64,000 bases of DNA from Eledone cirrhosa (GCA_964016885.1 OZ024750.1:34472001-34536000), one strand, 5' to 3'; positions 13,411-27,308 are shown, numbered from the stretch's first letter. Translations and numbers: made by a program. Notes: generated from the letters alone by a model not told the origin.

Positions 13411-14426
13411 CTATGTAAATAGAATAATAAATATGAATATAAGATATAAATAAGTACTTAACGGTATCCAGCCATAGAGACCTAGCCAGAAACAGTCCCG
13501 TATGCGCAAGATATGGTCACCTGACTGGACTTGCCTCAAATAAGACAACCTGTCTAACCCATGCTAGAAAATGGACGTTAAACAATGATGATGATGATCA
13601 TGATAGATATATATATAGATATGTTTATAGACAAACTTACATCCACAATAGAAATAATTCCAAAATAATGACAGTAGCTGTTACCCAGTGCATTACTGGT
13701 ACTTTATTTTATCAACCCCGTAAGGATGAAAGGCTAAGCTTAACCTCAGTGGGATTTGAACTCAGATCATAAAGGGCCATAATTCTTTGCTACAATGCAT
13801 GATGTCTGACCCCCTACCAATACTGCCATAATAATGATAATAATAATAATTCTTTTGAAGTATAGTTATGAAGCAGAGAAAAACTGGCAAGCTAGTTTTG
13901 TGGAGAAAGGGATAATAATAATTGTGAAAGTAGATAGAAGCTTGGATCAACCATACAAATGTTAAAAACTCTTCCATATAATCCCAATGACAACAATCAA
14001 TGAATATTATTGAAGCATATGAAGTCCTAGTCACACTCGTGTTATTGCTTATTATAAAACTAGCAGTGGGCTTTTTATAAACACAGCCTGCTTTAAAACA
14101 GTTTTCAAAATTCCCTATAATCATTGACATAAAATGTCATTGGTAAAGCCTATTCTTTATCAATATATTTTCTATTAGGCTACAACAAAAGATTCCTTTT
14201 GTAAGAGAGTACATAACTGCCTGAGTTGACCTCAATATCTTATTGGAACTAATTTCATTGACTCTCACTGAATGAACAGTAACATTTTTTTTTAGTTTAT
14301 TTTTATTTATTGTTCGTGTTTTATGTTAGGTATTTATTTATTTATATATGAAATGGTAGAATAACTTGCAGTATGGCAAGCTAGTTGGTTGAAAATACTT
14401 TAGAAGAGAGTTCTGCATGTTAAATG

Positions 14427-14680
14427 CTATGGGCATGTGTTTAGAATGTCCCAGGAAAGAATCACTGGACAGATTTTACCGGTAAAACCAACTGGCAGGA
14501 GACCCAGGGGTAGACCCCGACAAGTAAGATGGTTGGATAAGACACATGAGCTTAGCTGGTCTCCCTTTCGGATCCAGTCAGATCAGTTGGAGAGAGTTGC
14601 TTCTGACAGGACTTACTGGAAGGAGTCTTTGAGGACTCTACTCCCACGACCCTCTCAGAAATAAGTGGGTGAAGAAGAAG
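14427..14680 (+). mobile_element. RTE-like LINE 3' end fragment
   Basis: RMSQERITGQILPVKPTGRRPRGRP..WLDK; (GAA)n end. Confidence 0.75.
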
Positions 14681-14854
14681 ATCAGATTTTCATTTATATA
14701 ATGTACTGAACAGAGAAATTTGAATTAGTTGAGATTATCCTAGCAAGTAGTAGATGAAACCTCCCTGTCTGTGGGGTGAAAATTTAAAAGCAATAAGTAA
14801 GGTAGTTAACTCCAATAATATCAATTGATCAAAATTTATTAAATATTACCACAA

Positions 14855-15195
14855 TGGAGGCACATGGCTTAGTGGTTAGAGCATTGGTCTTGCAATCGAA
14901 AGGTTGTGAGTTCAATTCTCAGACTAGGTGATGTGTTGTTTCCTTGAGCAAGACACTTTATTTCATATTGCTCCAGTTTACTCAGCTGTAGAAATGAGAT
15001 GATAGGGACTGGGGTCCCTATCATTCCACTGCAAAGTGGTCGTGGAGGTGCCATGGCATAAAAGCACCCAGCACTCACTGTAAATGAGGTTGGTGTTAGG
15101 AAGGGCATCCAGCTGTAGAAATCAAGCCAGTATCAGTTCCCGTCCCACCCTTGCAAGCAGGGAAAAAGCGGACATAAAATGAAATGATGAAATGA
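14855..15195 (+). mobile_element. SINE family A
   Basis: Near-identical to 365-706. Confidence 0.88.
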
Positions 15196-15578
15196 TTAAT
15201 GGTTAGTATGCTTGACGTTGCATCATAATGCCGTTGGTTCAATTCCTGGACAGGCTGTTGTGTTGTGTTCTTGTGCAAAACACTTTATTTTGCATTGCTG
15301 CAGTACATTCAGCTGAGAGTGAGTACCAGCAGTAACTGGGAAGTTAATCCTGTGATAGACTGGCGTCCTATCCAGGAAAAGTCTTACATTCTCAATTGCT
15401 TAACACCAAGGAAACTGGGGATATAAACATTGGCCTGATGAGCCTTTGTAACTTAAACTAACTTTAACTATACCCAATACAGATTCGAGTGGATCTGTTC
15501 TTTGAAGTTGAGTGAAATTAATGGGTCTGCTATTGTAACCAGTTTTGTATATTTTATTTAGTTGGAGAGAAATCAACA

Positions 15579-15760
15579 TACAGGTAAAATTCAGTTATAA
15601 TGAATACCATTATAATGAATTTTTCAGTATAACAAAATTTTTTTCAATCCCCGGCCACACACTCGATGTGTTAGGTCGATCTCGTTATAAAGAATTTTTT
15701 GTTACAATAGATTTTTTTTCTATACCCCGTAAATTTCGTTATAATGGAATTTCACTGTAT
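15579..15760. mobile_element. pogo/Tigger-like MITE (second copy 40664-40853)
   Basis: TA-CAGGTAAAATTCAGTTATAATGAA ... GTTATAATGGAATTTCACTG-TA imperfect TIRs; two dispersed copies. Confidence 0.65.
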
Positions 15761-15861
15761 TAAGGGGAACCACACGTATGATATGTTTTTATGAAGAAAA
15801 TAGTAAACATCCGAAGATGTTTAAACAAAAATATATTCAATGAAAATACACTTCATCATGT

Positions 15862-16309
15862 TTAACCCTTTAATGTTCAAACTGGCCAAAACCGGCTACA
15901 ATTCTCTACCTCTTTCTGTTGAAACTGGCTGTAACCGATCGCTCAAACTGATGTTAAGGTATTGTTTTCAAAATAAATACTTTCAAAATCTCATAGATTC
16001 GATATTATGTGAGATAATTATGTGAGGTAAAGCCTTTACCATGAACATATAATAGTATATATAGAGTAATGTGAATATTATGTGAGATGATTATACGAGG
16101 TAAAGCCTTTACCATGAAAATATAATAGTATATATAGAGTAATGTAAATGTTATGTGAGATAATTATACGAGGTAAAGCCTTTACCATGAAAATATAATA
16201 GTATATATATAGAGTAATGTGAATGTTATGTGAGATATTATGTGAGGTAAAGCCTTTACCATGAAAATATAATAGTATATATAGAGTAATATGAATACTA
16301 AAGGGTTAA
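15862..16309. mobile_element. piggyBac-type MITE expanded by an internal ~75-bp tandem repeat (4 copies)
   Basis: TTAA-CCCTTT...AAAGGG-TTAA ends; GAGGTAAAGCCTTTACCATGAA repeated four times. Confidence 0.8.
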
Positions 16310-16329
16310 TTGTATTTTGTGAATATGAT

Positions 16330-17120
16330 GTTAAATTACTGTATATACTTGTATATTATGTGTTATAAATATTCTTGTGTATTAGGTAATCCAAATGTTA
16401 TCCAAGGCAGCTAATCAACACACGTGAATGTGATGTCAAATTACTGTATATACTTGTGTATAATGTCATACAAATATAAGCCAGGACAGCAATCAACACA
16501 CATAATTGTGATATACTTGTGTATAAGTTGATCCAAATATAAATCAAGACAGCTAATTAACACATTAACGTTGTCTTTTGTAAATGTGATATTAAATTGC
16601 TGCATATACTCATGTATAAGGTGATCCAAATGTAAACCAAGGCAGCTAATCAGCAAACGTGAATCTGATGTTAAATTTTCTTGTATAGACTTGTGTATAA
16701 GGTGATACAAATATAAGCAAAGGCAGCTAATGAACACATGTTTAATTACTGCATATACTTGTGTATAAGGTGATACACATATAACTGAAGGCAGCTAATG
16801 AACACATGTTTAATTACTGTATATACTTGTGTATAAGGTGATACACATATAACTGAAGGCAGCTAATGAACACATGTTTAATTACTGTATATAGTTGTGT
16901 ATAAGGTGATACAAATATAAGCGAAACAGCTAATGAACACATGTTTAATTACTGTATATACTTGTGTATAAGGTGATACCCATATAATTGAAGGCAGCTA
17001 ATGAACACATGTTCAATTACTGTATATACTTGTGTATAAGGTGATCCAAATGTAAGCCAAGGCAGCTAATCAATAAGTGAATGTGATGATAAATTACTGT
17101 ATAGACTTGTGTATAAGTTG
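16330..17120. repeat. Minisatellite, ~68-bp unit (GTGTATAAGGTGATACACATATAACTGAAGGCAGCTAATGAACACATG...)
   Basis: Units start at 16761 and 16829, etc.; degenerate toward the left. Confidence 0.85.
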
Positions 17121-17796
17121 AATCATACACATGAAATAAATTTAATAAGTCTGCATTCAATTCAATTTATAAAGCACTCAGCAGCCAGGCCTTGTATATT
17201 GAGATCAATATTTATAAATTTAGAATAACTTTATTTTATTCAGAGCACAAAATATTGTATAATGTATATAGAAAATAGAGAAATAATTTCATATATATCT
17301 ACTTGCCAGTTGGTATTTTATATGAAGACATTTTCCACATCAGAAGTCAAACAGCATTAATATTATTAAATATATCGTTTCATATTCTCATAAAAAATAT
17401 TTTTTACATTTTTTTTTTATAGGAACCAATACATAGATATATATATATATATAAATTTATAATCTCGAAAAATAAGCTTATAAGATATTAATTCAATAAA
17501 ATAATTAATATGATAATTATATATTGACTATCAGAGACATCTACGTGAAGTAAATTATCTTTCTCTTCTTCTACTGTAGTTTGATGATACTTTGCCAATT
17601 ATACAGCTCTGCTATTTTTATTTATTTATTAGTTTTGTTTGAATATTTTATTTCTCCACCCCCCAAAACATGAATGTAGAAAATACATATTTTCCACTTT
17701 GAATATTATCTAAATATATTAATGAAATATTGATTCCCCCAGTATCTTACTGCTATGAATGCTATTATATTACTATAAAGGATCTTTCTGTGTCAT

Positions 17797-18204
17797 TTAA
17801 CCCATTAGAGTTTACATTACTCTATATATAGTATTGTATTTTTGTGGTAAAAGCTTTAACCTCACATAATTATCTCACATAATATTGAATCTATGAGATT
17901 TTGATGTTATTTATTTTGAGAACAATACCTTAACATCCAGTTTGAACAGAAAGTTGAGAGAGAAATCTGACTGGATATGGCTGGTTTAACCCTTTAGCAT
18001 TTAAACTAGCCATATCCAGCCAGAATCCTCTCACCTCTTTCTGTTCAAACAAGCCATAAATGGCTACTCATACTGATATTAAGGTATTATTCTCAAAATA
18101 AATTACATCAAAATATCGTAGATTCGATATTATGTGAGATAAAGCCTTTACCACAAAAAATACAATGCTATATATAGAGAGTAATGTAAATGCTAAAGGG
18201 TTAA
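17797..18204. mobile_element. Two piggyBac-type MITEs in opposite orientation
   Basis: Second copy 17986-18204 has 14-bp TIRs CCCTTTAGCATTTA/TAAATGCTAAAGGG and TTAA on both sides. Confidence 0.8.
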
Positions 18205-18955
18205 GACAGACATTTTGTACTTGAAAGAAAGGAGAACTCTTCAATCAATAATGTTTCTTTCTTCATCAATTTCTACAAACATTTATTGTGATATAGTTTT
18301 TTTTAATATTTCCATCAAAGACTTTCTATAACTTTTGTAGTAAAGTATTTTATCCTGACTTCTCCACTCAGAAATAAATTTCTACACTCTACCCACCACT
18401 ATGCAGTGCTCATTCAGTTAATGTTTGAATGTTTTAAATAATCCAGTATTTTAAACACACATAAATAAGTGATAAGTTTCAGAAAGCTGGTACAATGTGT
18501 TTTTTGTTTTTAACTCTTTTTGTTTTACATTTGAAAAGAGGGTTTAATTCCTGAAATATCATGTTGAAATATACTGTGAGGTAAAACATTACTTAGTTTT
18601 GTTTTACTTGTCATCATTTGCCCCTTTATATATTTCTACCACATTATACTGGCTTTCTGAAACTTATCAGTCATTTATTAGATACTACAATATTTTAAAA
18701 ACATTTATAATGGTGTCAGTCCTGATCAAGAGGTGGGTGACAGGCAGATGAAACAGAAAATATTGAGAGAGGAGAAGGACAAGAAAAAGCGTATAGAGAT
18801 GCAGAAGTGGCTAGATATTCAACATATTCTAATAATTGTTTCTACTTTAGGCACAAGGCCAGCACTTACCCAGTACATTACTGGTACTTTATTTTATCGA
18901 CCCCATAAGGATGAAAGGCAAAGTTAACCTCGGCGGGATTTGAACTCAGACTGAG

Positions 18956-19710
18956 CACATGTCAGTAGTATCAGAGCTGTGATCTCTCAATTCAGATATT
19001 CTTTCCTGAGACATTCTGACCACATGTCTGTAGTATCAGAGCTGTGATCTCTCAATTCAGATATTCTTTCCTGAGACATTCTGACCACATGTCTGTAGTA
19101 TCAGAGCTGTGATATCTAAATTCAGAGATTCTTTCCTGAGACATTCTGACCACATGTCTGTAGTATCAGAGCTGTGATCTCTCAATTCAGATATTCTTTC
19201 CTGAGACATTCTGACCACGTGTCTGTAGTATCAGAGCTGTGATCTCTCAATTCAGATATTCTTTCCTGAGACATTCTGACCACATGTCTGTAGTATCAGA
19301 GCTGTGATATCTAAATTCAGAGATTCTTTCCTGAGACATTCTGACCACATGTCTGTAGTATCAGAGCTGTGATCTCTCAATTCAGATATTCTTTCCTGAG
19401 ACATTCTGACCACGTGTCTGTAGTATCAGAGCTGTGATCTCTCAATTCAGATATTCTTTCCTGAGACATTCTGACCACATGTCTGTAGTATCAGAGCTGT
19501 GATATCTAAATTCAGAGATTCTTTCCTGAGACATTCTGACCACATGTCTGTAGTATCAGAGCTGTGATCTCTCAATTCAGATATTCTTTCCTGAGACATT
19601 CTGACCACGTCTGTAGTATCAGAGTTGTGATCGCTCAATTCAGATATTCTTTCCCGAGACATTCTGACCACATGTCTGTAGTATCAGAGCTGTGATCTCT
19701 TAATTCAGAG
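18956..19710. repeat. 65-bp minisatellite derived from the RTE-like LINE fragment
   Basis: Units at 18956, 19021, 19086...; unit matches 40345-40410. Confidence 0.92.
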
Positions 19711-20256
19711 AAGTAACATTACTCCAAAGACCCATAAACAACCAAATAAGTTTAGGCAGAAATTCATGTTTCCAGAATCAATTAAGAGTCTAAATTCTTT
19801 TAACTTTTCCATGAAAACATTTAAAGCATTTTCCCTGTTCTGCTGTTGCAGTTTGTTCATTATAGATGTGAAAACTCATTTTGTTTTGAAAAGTTTTATA
19901 CAACTTTATGTTGAAGACTTTCTTTCAATAGATAGCTAACCAATAAAAATAAAAGGCAATAAATGAGATATTTTATGTTAGATTTAACTGATATATTTTA
20001 ATTTCTAATAATTCAGCTATGTAAAGGAAGAGACTTCGCTAGTCACTAAAAACAGAAATAAAATATATAACATCATTTCATGTTTTTGTTATGAGTCATA
20101 TAGAAAGTTAATGCACAGTCATTGTTGTTGTGGAAATGGTAATGGATCTGGCTTTTTTCCTTATTTTGTTTAACTTTCCCTTTATCATGTTTTTCAATAA
20201 TGATCATAATTTTTTTATTTTGAGGCAACAAAGTGGAGAGAAGTAAAAGACAAATA

Positions 20257-21360
20257 ACACACACACACACACACACACACATACATGTGTACACACATAC
20301 ATGTGTACACACATACACACACACATATATACATGTGTACACACACACACACATATACATGTACACACACACACATACGCACACACACACGCATATATAC
20401 ATGTACACACACACACACACATATATATATACATATATACATTCACACACATGCACACACATAAACATGCACGTATACACACACATACATGCATGTGTGT
20501 TGTTTCATCATCAATATCGTTGTTGTTTTAAAAGCGGATGTTAAAAGGATGATGATTGTGAAATGACACACACACACACGTACACACACACATGCACACA
20601 CACGTGCACACATACACATATGAACAAGTACACATATAGATACACACACACATACATAGACACATGCACACACATACATACACACATGCACAGACATATA
20701 CACAGACAATGCACACACAGACACACACATACACCCACACACACCCACATACAAACACACGTGCACACACATACACATATGAACATATAGATACACACAC
20801 ACATACATAGACATATGCACACACATACATACACACATGCACACACATACATACACACATGGACACAGACATATACACACAGACATATACACATGCAATG
20901 CATACACACATACATACACACACATACACATATGAACAAGTACACATATAGATACACACACACACATACATAGACACATGCACACACATACATACACACA
21001 TGCACACAGGCATATACACAGACAATGCACACACACACACACACACATACACCCACATACAAACACACGTGCACACACATACACATATGAACATATAGAT
21101 ACACACACACATACATAGACACATGCACACACATACATACATACATACATACACACATGCACACAGACATATACACACAGACATATACACATGCAATGCA
21201 CACACAAATACACACACACGTGCACACACATACACACATGAACAAGTACACATATAGATACACACACACACATACATAGACACATGCACACAGACATATA
21301 CACACAGACATATACACATGCAATGCACACACAGACACACACACACACACACACAGACAT
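20257..21360. repeat. Complex (CA)-rich microsatellite
   Basis: Direct inspection. Confidence 0.95.
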
Positions 21361-23171
21361 ATATAGTGAGTGGGTGTGAAATGCATAAAAAATATTCTAA
21401 AATATTCTAAAATAAAGAGTAATATAAAATGAATTGAACTGCCTAAACGAGGCCAACAAATAAACATGTGTGATGTGAAAGACAGTGAAATTATAGCAAT
21501 TCTCTTCTCATGACAAAATATATACATTTTCAATATGTCAACCGCTCGTTGAAATTCATTGAGCTACATAAAACTTGACACTTAAAGATAACTTTTTCAA
21601 AATAATTAACCGAGGACTCAGTTTCTTTTCTGCATCCTCTTTTTGTCTGTTCCAGTTAATTTATAAATCTAGTGACGATAAAGAGGAAAACAAGAATATA
21701 TTTCTTTCTCAACCTATTCTTTTGTTTCTCTAGAATTTTAGTTGCCACATATTTTATGGAAGATAGAAACAGTCTCTTTGGTCGTCTTATTATCCAAAGA
21801 AGCGCGGCAAAAGAATAGGACATAAAAAATAATTGTTTCTACTTTTGGCACAAGGCCAGCATTTACCCCAGTGCATTACTGGTACTTTATTTTATCGACC
21901 CCTTAAGGAGGAAAGGCAAAGTTAACCTCAGTGGGATTTGAAAAATCAGAACATAAAGGGCCGTAACTCTATGCCGCAAAGCATTTGGTCTGACGCTCTA
22001 CCGATACTGCCAATCCACCTCCCACCCCCTTATCCACTGGATAGGACAAAACAATAATGATTTGCTATATTGGAATATATTGAGAAATTTGGGGGTAGGA
22101 TGGTTTGGGGAGGGTGTGGTATTGACTGAATCAGCTTCAGAGCAAGTCTAGTATTCATGACTTTGACCCCCTGGAGGAATTCTTCCTGTAAAATATCTTT
22201 TTTTCTGTTTTTTTTTTTTTTTTGGTTAAATCATCAAGTAAAATTAATTATACCTGCTTCAAGCTGACTTCTAAAATCTCTGCAACTTACATAATTATGA
22301 AATATAATTGTTTCTACTTTAGGCACAAGGCCAGCAATTGCCCAGTACATTACTGGTACTTTATTTTATCGACCCCGTAAGGATGAAAGGCAAAGTTAAC
22401 CTCAGCGGGATTTGAACTCAGACCGTAAAGGGACGTAACTATGCTAGAAAACATGGCGTCCAACCCTCTACCGATACTGCCAATATGAACACATTTAAAA
22501 GTCAACCAGTCTTTTAAAGGCAGTTTTCTAGACTTTCTGCAACACTGTTTTATTGCAAAGATGAATTTATATTTTAAGTAATTTTATCATCATCATCATC
22601 ATCATTTTACGTCCGCTTTTCCCTGCTTGCAAGTGTGGGACGGGTTCTATTCAGCACAGCATCTCTCTACCCATCACGGTCCTTCGTCACCTCCTCCGTG
22701 AGTTTCAGCGATCTGAGGTCTACTCTCACCACCTCTGCCCATGTTTTTCGTGGTCTACCTCTATCTGTTTAAATAATCATATCCTCACTTTGTTTTAAAA
22801 TAAACTAAAAAATTTGATGTAGGCAATTAACCCACTGTGCCTAAAAATAGTGTGATACTGTATTAGTGCCATGAAGTAAAGCACCCAGTCCACCCTGTAA
22901 GGTGGTAGTGCTGGTGCCATGAAGTAAAGCACCCAGTCCACCCTGTAAGGTGGTAGTGCTGGTGTCATGACAAAAGCACTCAATCCACCCTACACTGTAT
23001 TGAACAATATCTCTCAACTATTGATTTTGGGACTCCTAGCAAAAAAAATAAGAGCATTAAAAGCTATTATAAAATCCCTGAATTATATAACATAAAATTC
23101 CTGTCTGGTATGACATCATATTCAACTGGAAGTATTCTAGTAAACCTTAACACACCTGCTTAGCTCCCCTC

Positions 23172-24270
23172 AAACCATGACTCCCCACAAACCATGACAC
23201 CCTTGAAACCATGACTCCCCACAAACTATGACTCCCCACAAACCATGACTCCCTACAAACCACGACTCCCTACAAACCACGACTCCCTACAAAGCCTGAC
23301 TCCCTACAAACCCTGACTCCCTACAAACCCTGACTCCCTACAAACCACGACTCCCTACAAATCGACTCCCTACAAACTCTGACTCCTTACAAACCCTGAC
23401 TCCCTACAAACCCTGACTCCCTACAAACCCTGACTCCCTATAAACCCTGACTCCCTACAAACCACGACTCCCTACAAACCACGACTCCCTACAAACCCTG
23501 ACTCCCTACAAACCCTGACTCCCTACAAACCCTGACTCCCTATAAACCCTGACTCCCTACAAACCACGACTCCCTACAAACCACGACTCCCTACAAACCA
23601 CGACTCCCTTCAAACCACGACTCCCTACAAACCCCGACTCCCTACAAACCACGACTCCCTACAAACCACGACTCCCTACAAACCACGACTCCCTTCAAAC
23701 CACGACTCCCTTCAAACCACGACTCCCTTCAAACCACGACTCCCTTCAAACCACGACTCCCTACAAACCACGACTCCCTTCAAACCACGACTCCCTACAA
23801 ACCACGACTCCCTTCAAACCACGACTCCCTAAACACCACGACTCCCTTCAAACCACGACTCCCTTAAAACCACGACTCCCATAAAACCACGACTCCCTTC
23901 AAACCACGACTCCCTATAAACCCTGACTCCCTTCAAACCACGACTCCCTAAACACCAAGACTCCCTTCAAACCACGACTCCCTACAAACCACGACTCCCT
24001 ACAAACCATGACTCCCTACAAACCATGACTCCCTTCAAACCATGACTCCCTACAAACCATGACTCCCTTCAAACCATGACTCTCCTCAAACCACGACTCC
24101 CTACAAACCATGACTCCCTACAAACCATGACTCCCTACAAACCATGACTCCCTACAAACCATGACTCCCTTCAAACCATGACTCCCTACAAACCATGACT
24201 CCCTTCAAACCATGACTCTCCTCAAACCACGACTCTCCTCAAACCACAACTCCCTTCACCCATGACTCTC
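23172..24270. repeat. 17-bp minisatellite (AAACCACGACTCCCTAC)n, ~60 copies
   Basis: Direct inspection. Confidence 0.95.
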
Positions 24271-25134
24271 TAGACACCATAACTCTCTTCAAATGTTGAT
24301 TATCTTCAAACCTTAACTCTCTTGAAAACACCCTTGGTTCAATGGTACAAAATTCTCTCAACAGAATTTGTAAATAACAATTTTTGTAATTAACCCTTTT
24401 AATCATGAACATAAGTGACTGAAATGAGGGTCCCATCAAAGGGTTTTGGGAGTAACATTACTCAACAGGGTGTGTATCTCAGAGATCAGAGAGCCACTTC
24501 AGATAGAGCTACTACTTCTACGAATTGGGAGATCACAGCTCCTATACTATGGGCATGTGGTTAGAATGTCTCAGGGAAAGAATTGCTGGACAGATTTTAT
24601 GGGCAAAACCAACTGGCAGGAGACCCAGGATTTGATTCTGAGCAACATGGTTGGATAATATCCATGAGCTTGGCTAGTCCTGCTTGGGTATCCAGCTGGA
24701 TCAGTTGCTTCTGATATGACCCACTGTAAGGGGTACTTCAAACATTAGAAATTTGGTAATAAAAGGATTAATGACATAGTCAGTGTTTTTCATTAGAAAT
24801 ATGGTAATGAAAGGATTAAACACATAGACAGTGTTTTTCATTAGAAATGAAAGGGTTAATTACATAAGCACTGTCTTTTATTAGAAATATGGTAATGAAA
24901 GGTTTAATGACATAGACAATGTCTTACATTATAAATATATTAAATAAAGGGTTAAATATAGGCAGCATATTTCATTAAAACTTTGATAGTGATAGGGTTA
25001 AACAAACCAAGTAAATGGAAGAAGTTTCCATAGTTGTATATAAAATTACCATTTTATGGCTGGACTCTCTCATAAGACATCAGAAATGTTATGTTATAAA
25101 CATCCCATGTCATATTTTGTAGAAACCAAATTGT

Positions 25135-25137
<3 letters not shown>

Positions 25138-25195
<58 letters not shown>

Positions 25196-25525
25196 AATCA
25201 TTCAGATGGCTATAATTTTTTTCTCACCCTCTCTCTCTCACCCTCTCTCTCTCACTCTCTCTCTCTCACTCTCTCTCTCTCACTCTCTCTCACTCTCTCT
25301 CTCACTCTCTCTCTCACTCTCTCTCTCTCACTCTCTCTCTCACTCTCTCTCACTCTCTCTCTCTCACTCTCTCTCTCACTATCTTTCTCTCACTCTCTTT
25401 CTCTCACTCTCTCTCACTCTTTCTCTCACTCTCTCTCACTCTCTCTCTCACTCTCACTCTCTCTCTCACTCTCTCACTCTCTCTCTCACTCTCTCTCACT
25501 CTCACTCACTCTCACTCTCTCTCTC
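25138..25525. repeat. (CT)n/(CTCA) microsatellite
   Basis: Direct inspection. Confidence 0.95.
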
Positions 25526-26020
25526 AATATATATATATATGCATATATATATGTGTGTGTGTGTGTGTGTATACAATATATATATATATATGCATATATA
25601 TATGTGTGTGTGTGTGTGTGTATACAATATATATATATATATGCATATATATATGTGTGTGTGTGTGTGTGTATACAATATATATATATATATGTCAACA
25701 TAGGAAACAGTTGTAAAATGTCACATTTGTCGTGACACTGACACTACGACTTTACAGAATGTACCAGGTGTAGCTGGTGGGAGCACTTCTTCACACACAT
25801 TCAGAACATGTCTGAGGATTTAGACATGTTTACATCTGTGAAGCCACTGGTAATGCATGAATTAGTCAAACTGCTCACAATCATCATCAGCATCATCATC
25901 ATTTTATGTCCATATCCCCATGATTGCATAGTGTATGTAAGGATGGATGCGTGTGTATGTGTATATATATACACACACATATGTATATGTCTATATATGT
26001 ACATATATATATAGGCATAT

Positions 26021-26202
26021 AGACCCCGACAGCTGAGCTCAAACCGTTTCGACGGCTAATTCTGGACTCAATTAGCCGTCGAAACGGTTTGAGCTCAGCC
26101 GTCGGGGTCTTACTGGTTCCTATTACCCACTCTACTACCCTAAGTATTGAGTACTTTGGTGCGTTATGGTCCACCTGGTTCCTTACCACATTTCCTTCGT
26201 TA
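26021..26202 (+). mobile_element. Fold-back HHR-end element (PLE-derived family H1)
   Basis: Palindrome 26021-26110 plus unique tail; right arm carries GAAA-CGGT..GCCG-TC (HHR 3' half). Confidence 0.7.
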
Positions 26203-26264
26203 TATAGGCATATATAGATGAGATTCTACAGGACTAGAACTGTTTCATTCTTTAGAAATCATCA

Positions 26265-26317
26265 GAGATTCCTGATGATTTCTAAAGAATGAAACAGTTC
26301 TAGTCCTGTAGAATCTC
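26265..26317 (+). ncRNA. Type I hammerhead ribozyme motif (family H2) in fold-back element 26213-26399
   Basis: Stem I GAGATTC/GAATCTC, CTGATGA, weak stem II, GAAA, stem III CAG/CTG, cleavage triplet GTA. Confidence 0.7.
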
Positions 26318-26810
26318 ATCTATATTAAAACTTTTATACTCTGCAATGTATTGAGTACCTTACTTACTGTGGTTACCTCCGATTCAACCCGGAATAACGT
26401 ATATATAGGCATATATATATGCATATATATGCCTATATATATATATATATATGCCTATATATATATATATGCCTATATATATATATATGCCTATATATAT
26501 ATATATGTACATATATAGACATATACATATGTGTGTGTATATATACACATACACACGCATCCATCCTTACATACATATGCATATATATATATATAGGCAT
26601 ATATATATGCCTATATATATATATATATATGTACATATATAGACATATACATATGTGTGTGTATATATACACATACACACGCATCCATCCTTACATACAT
26701 ATGCATATATATATATATAGGCATATATATATGCCTATATATATATATATATACACATACATATATATACATCATATATATATATATGTATATATGTGTG
26801 TATATATATA

Positions 26811-26980
26811 TAACGAAGGAATTGTGGTAAGGAACCAGATGGACCATAACGCACCAAAGTACTCAATACTTAGGGTAGTAGAGTGAGTAATAGGAACAAG
26901 TATGACCCCCGACGGCAGAGCTCAAGCCGTTTCCACAGCTATTAGCCTGGTAAATAAATAGCCGAACTTCTCAGGGGGTA
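26811..26980 (-). mobile_element. Family H1 element with complete but degenerate HHR
   Basis: Minus strand CCCC-CTGAGAA-..CGGCTATT..AATAGCTG..-GAAA-CGGC..GCCG-TC-GGGG; same tail as 26110-26202. Confidence 0.65.
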
Positions 26981-27274
26981 TTTCCTTATATGGGAAGATA
27001 GTAATTGTCAAGAGGATTGGTAAAAAATGTGTTGTAAAGACAGATGAATCTATCATGGCATTTGGTGGGAGGTAGGGGTAGCTGAACTTGCAGGTAAAAC
27101 AAAGAGGGAGTGGGGGAAACCCAGTCAAGCGTTGAAAGTGAAATCTATACAGCAGATTCTAAGGATAGTGTATAAAAGGTCGAAAAAAGTGTACTGGAGA
27201 AGAGGAGGTGGGGGGTGGGGGGGGGGGGGGGTGAAAGAATAGGTAAATTGAAAGGGAGTAAAAAAAACCCATTA

Positions 27275-27308
<34 letters not shown>

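Noticed and set aside
13762-14130. 122-aa minus-strand ORF in non-repetitive sequence
   Set aside because: No recognisable domain or convincing splice signals; it runs into a SINE.
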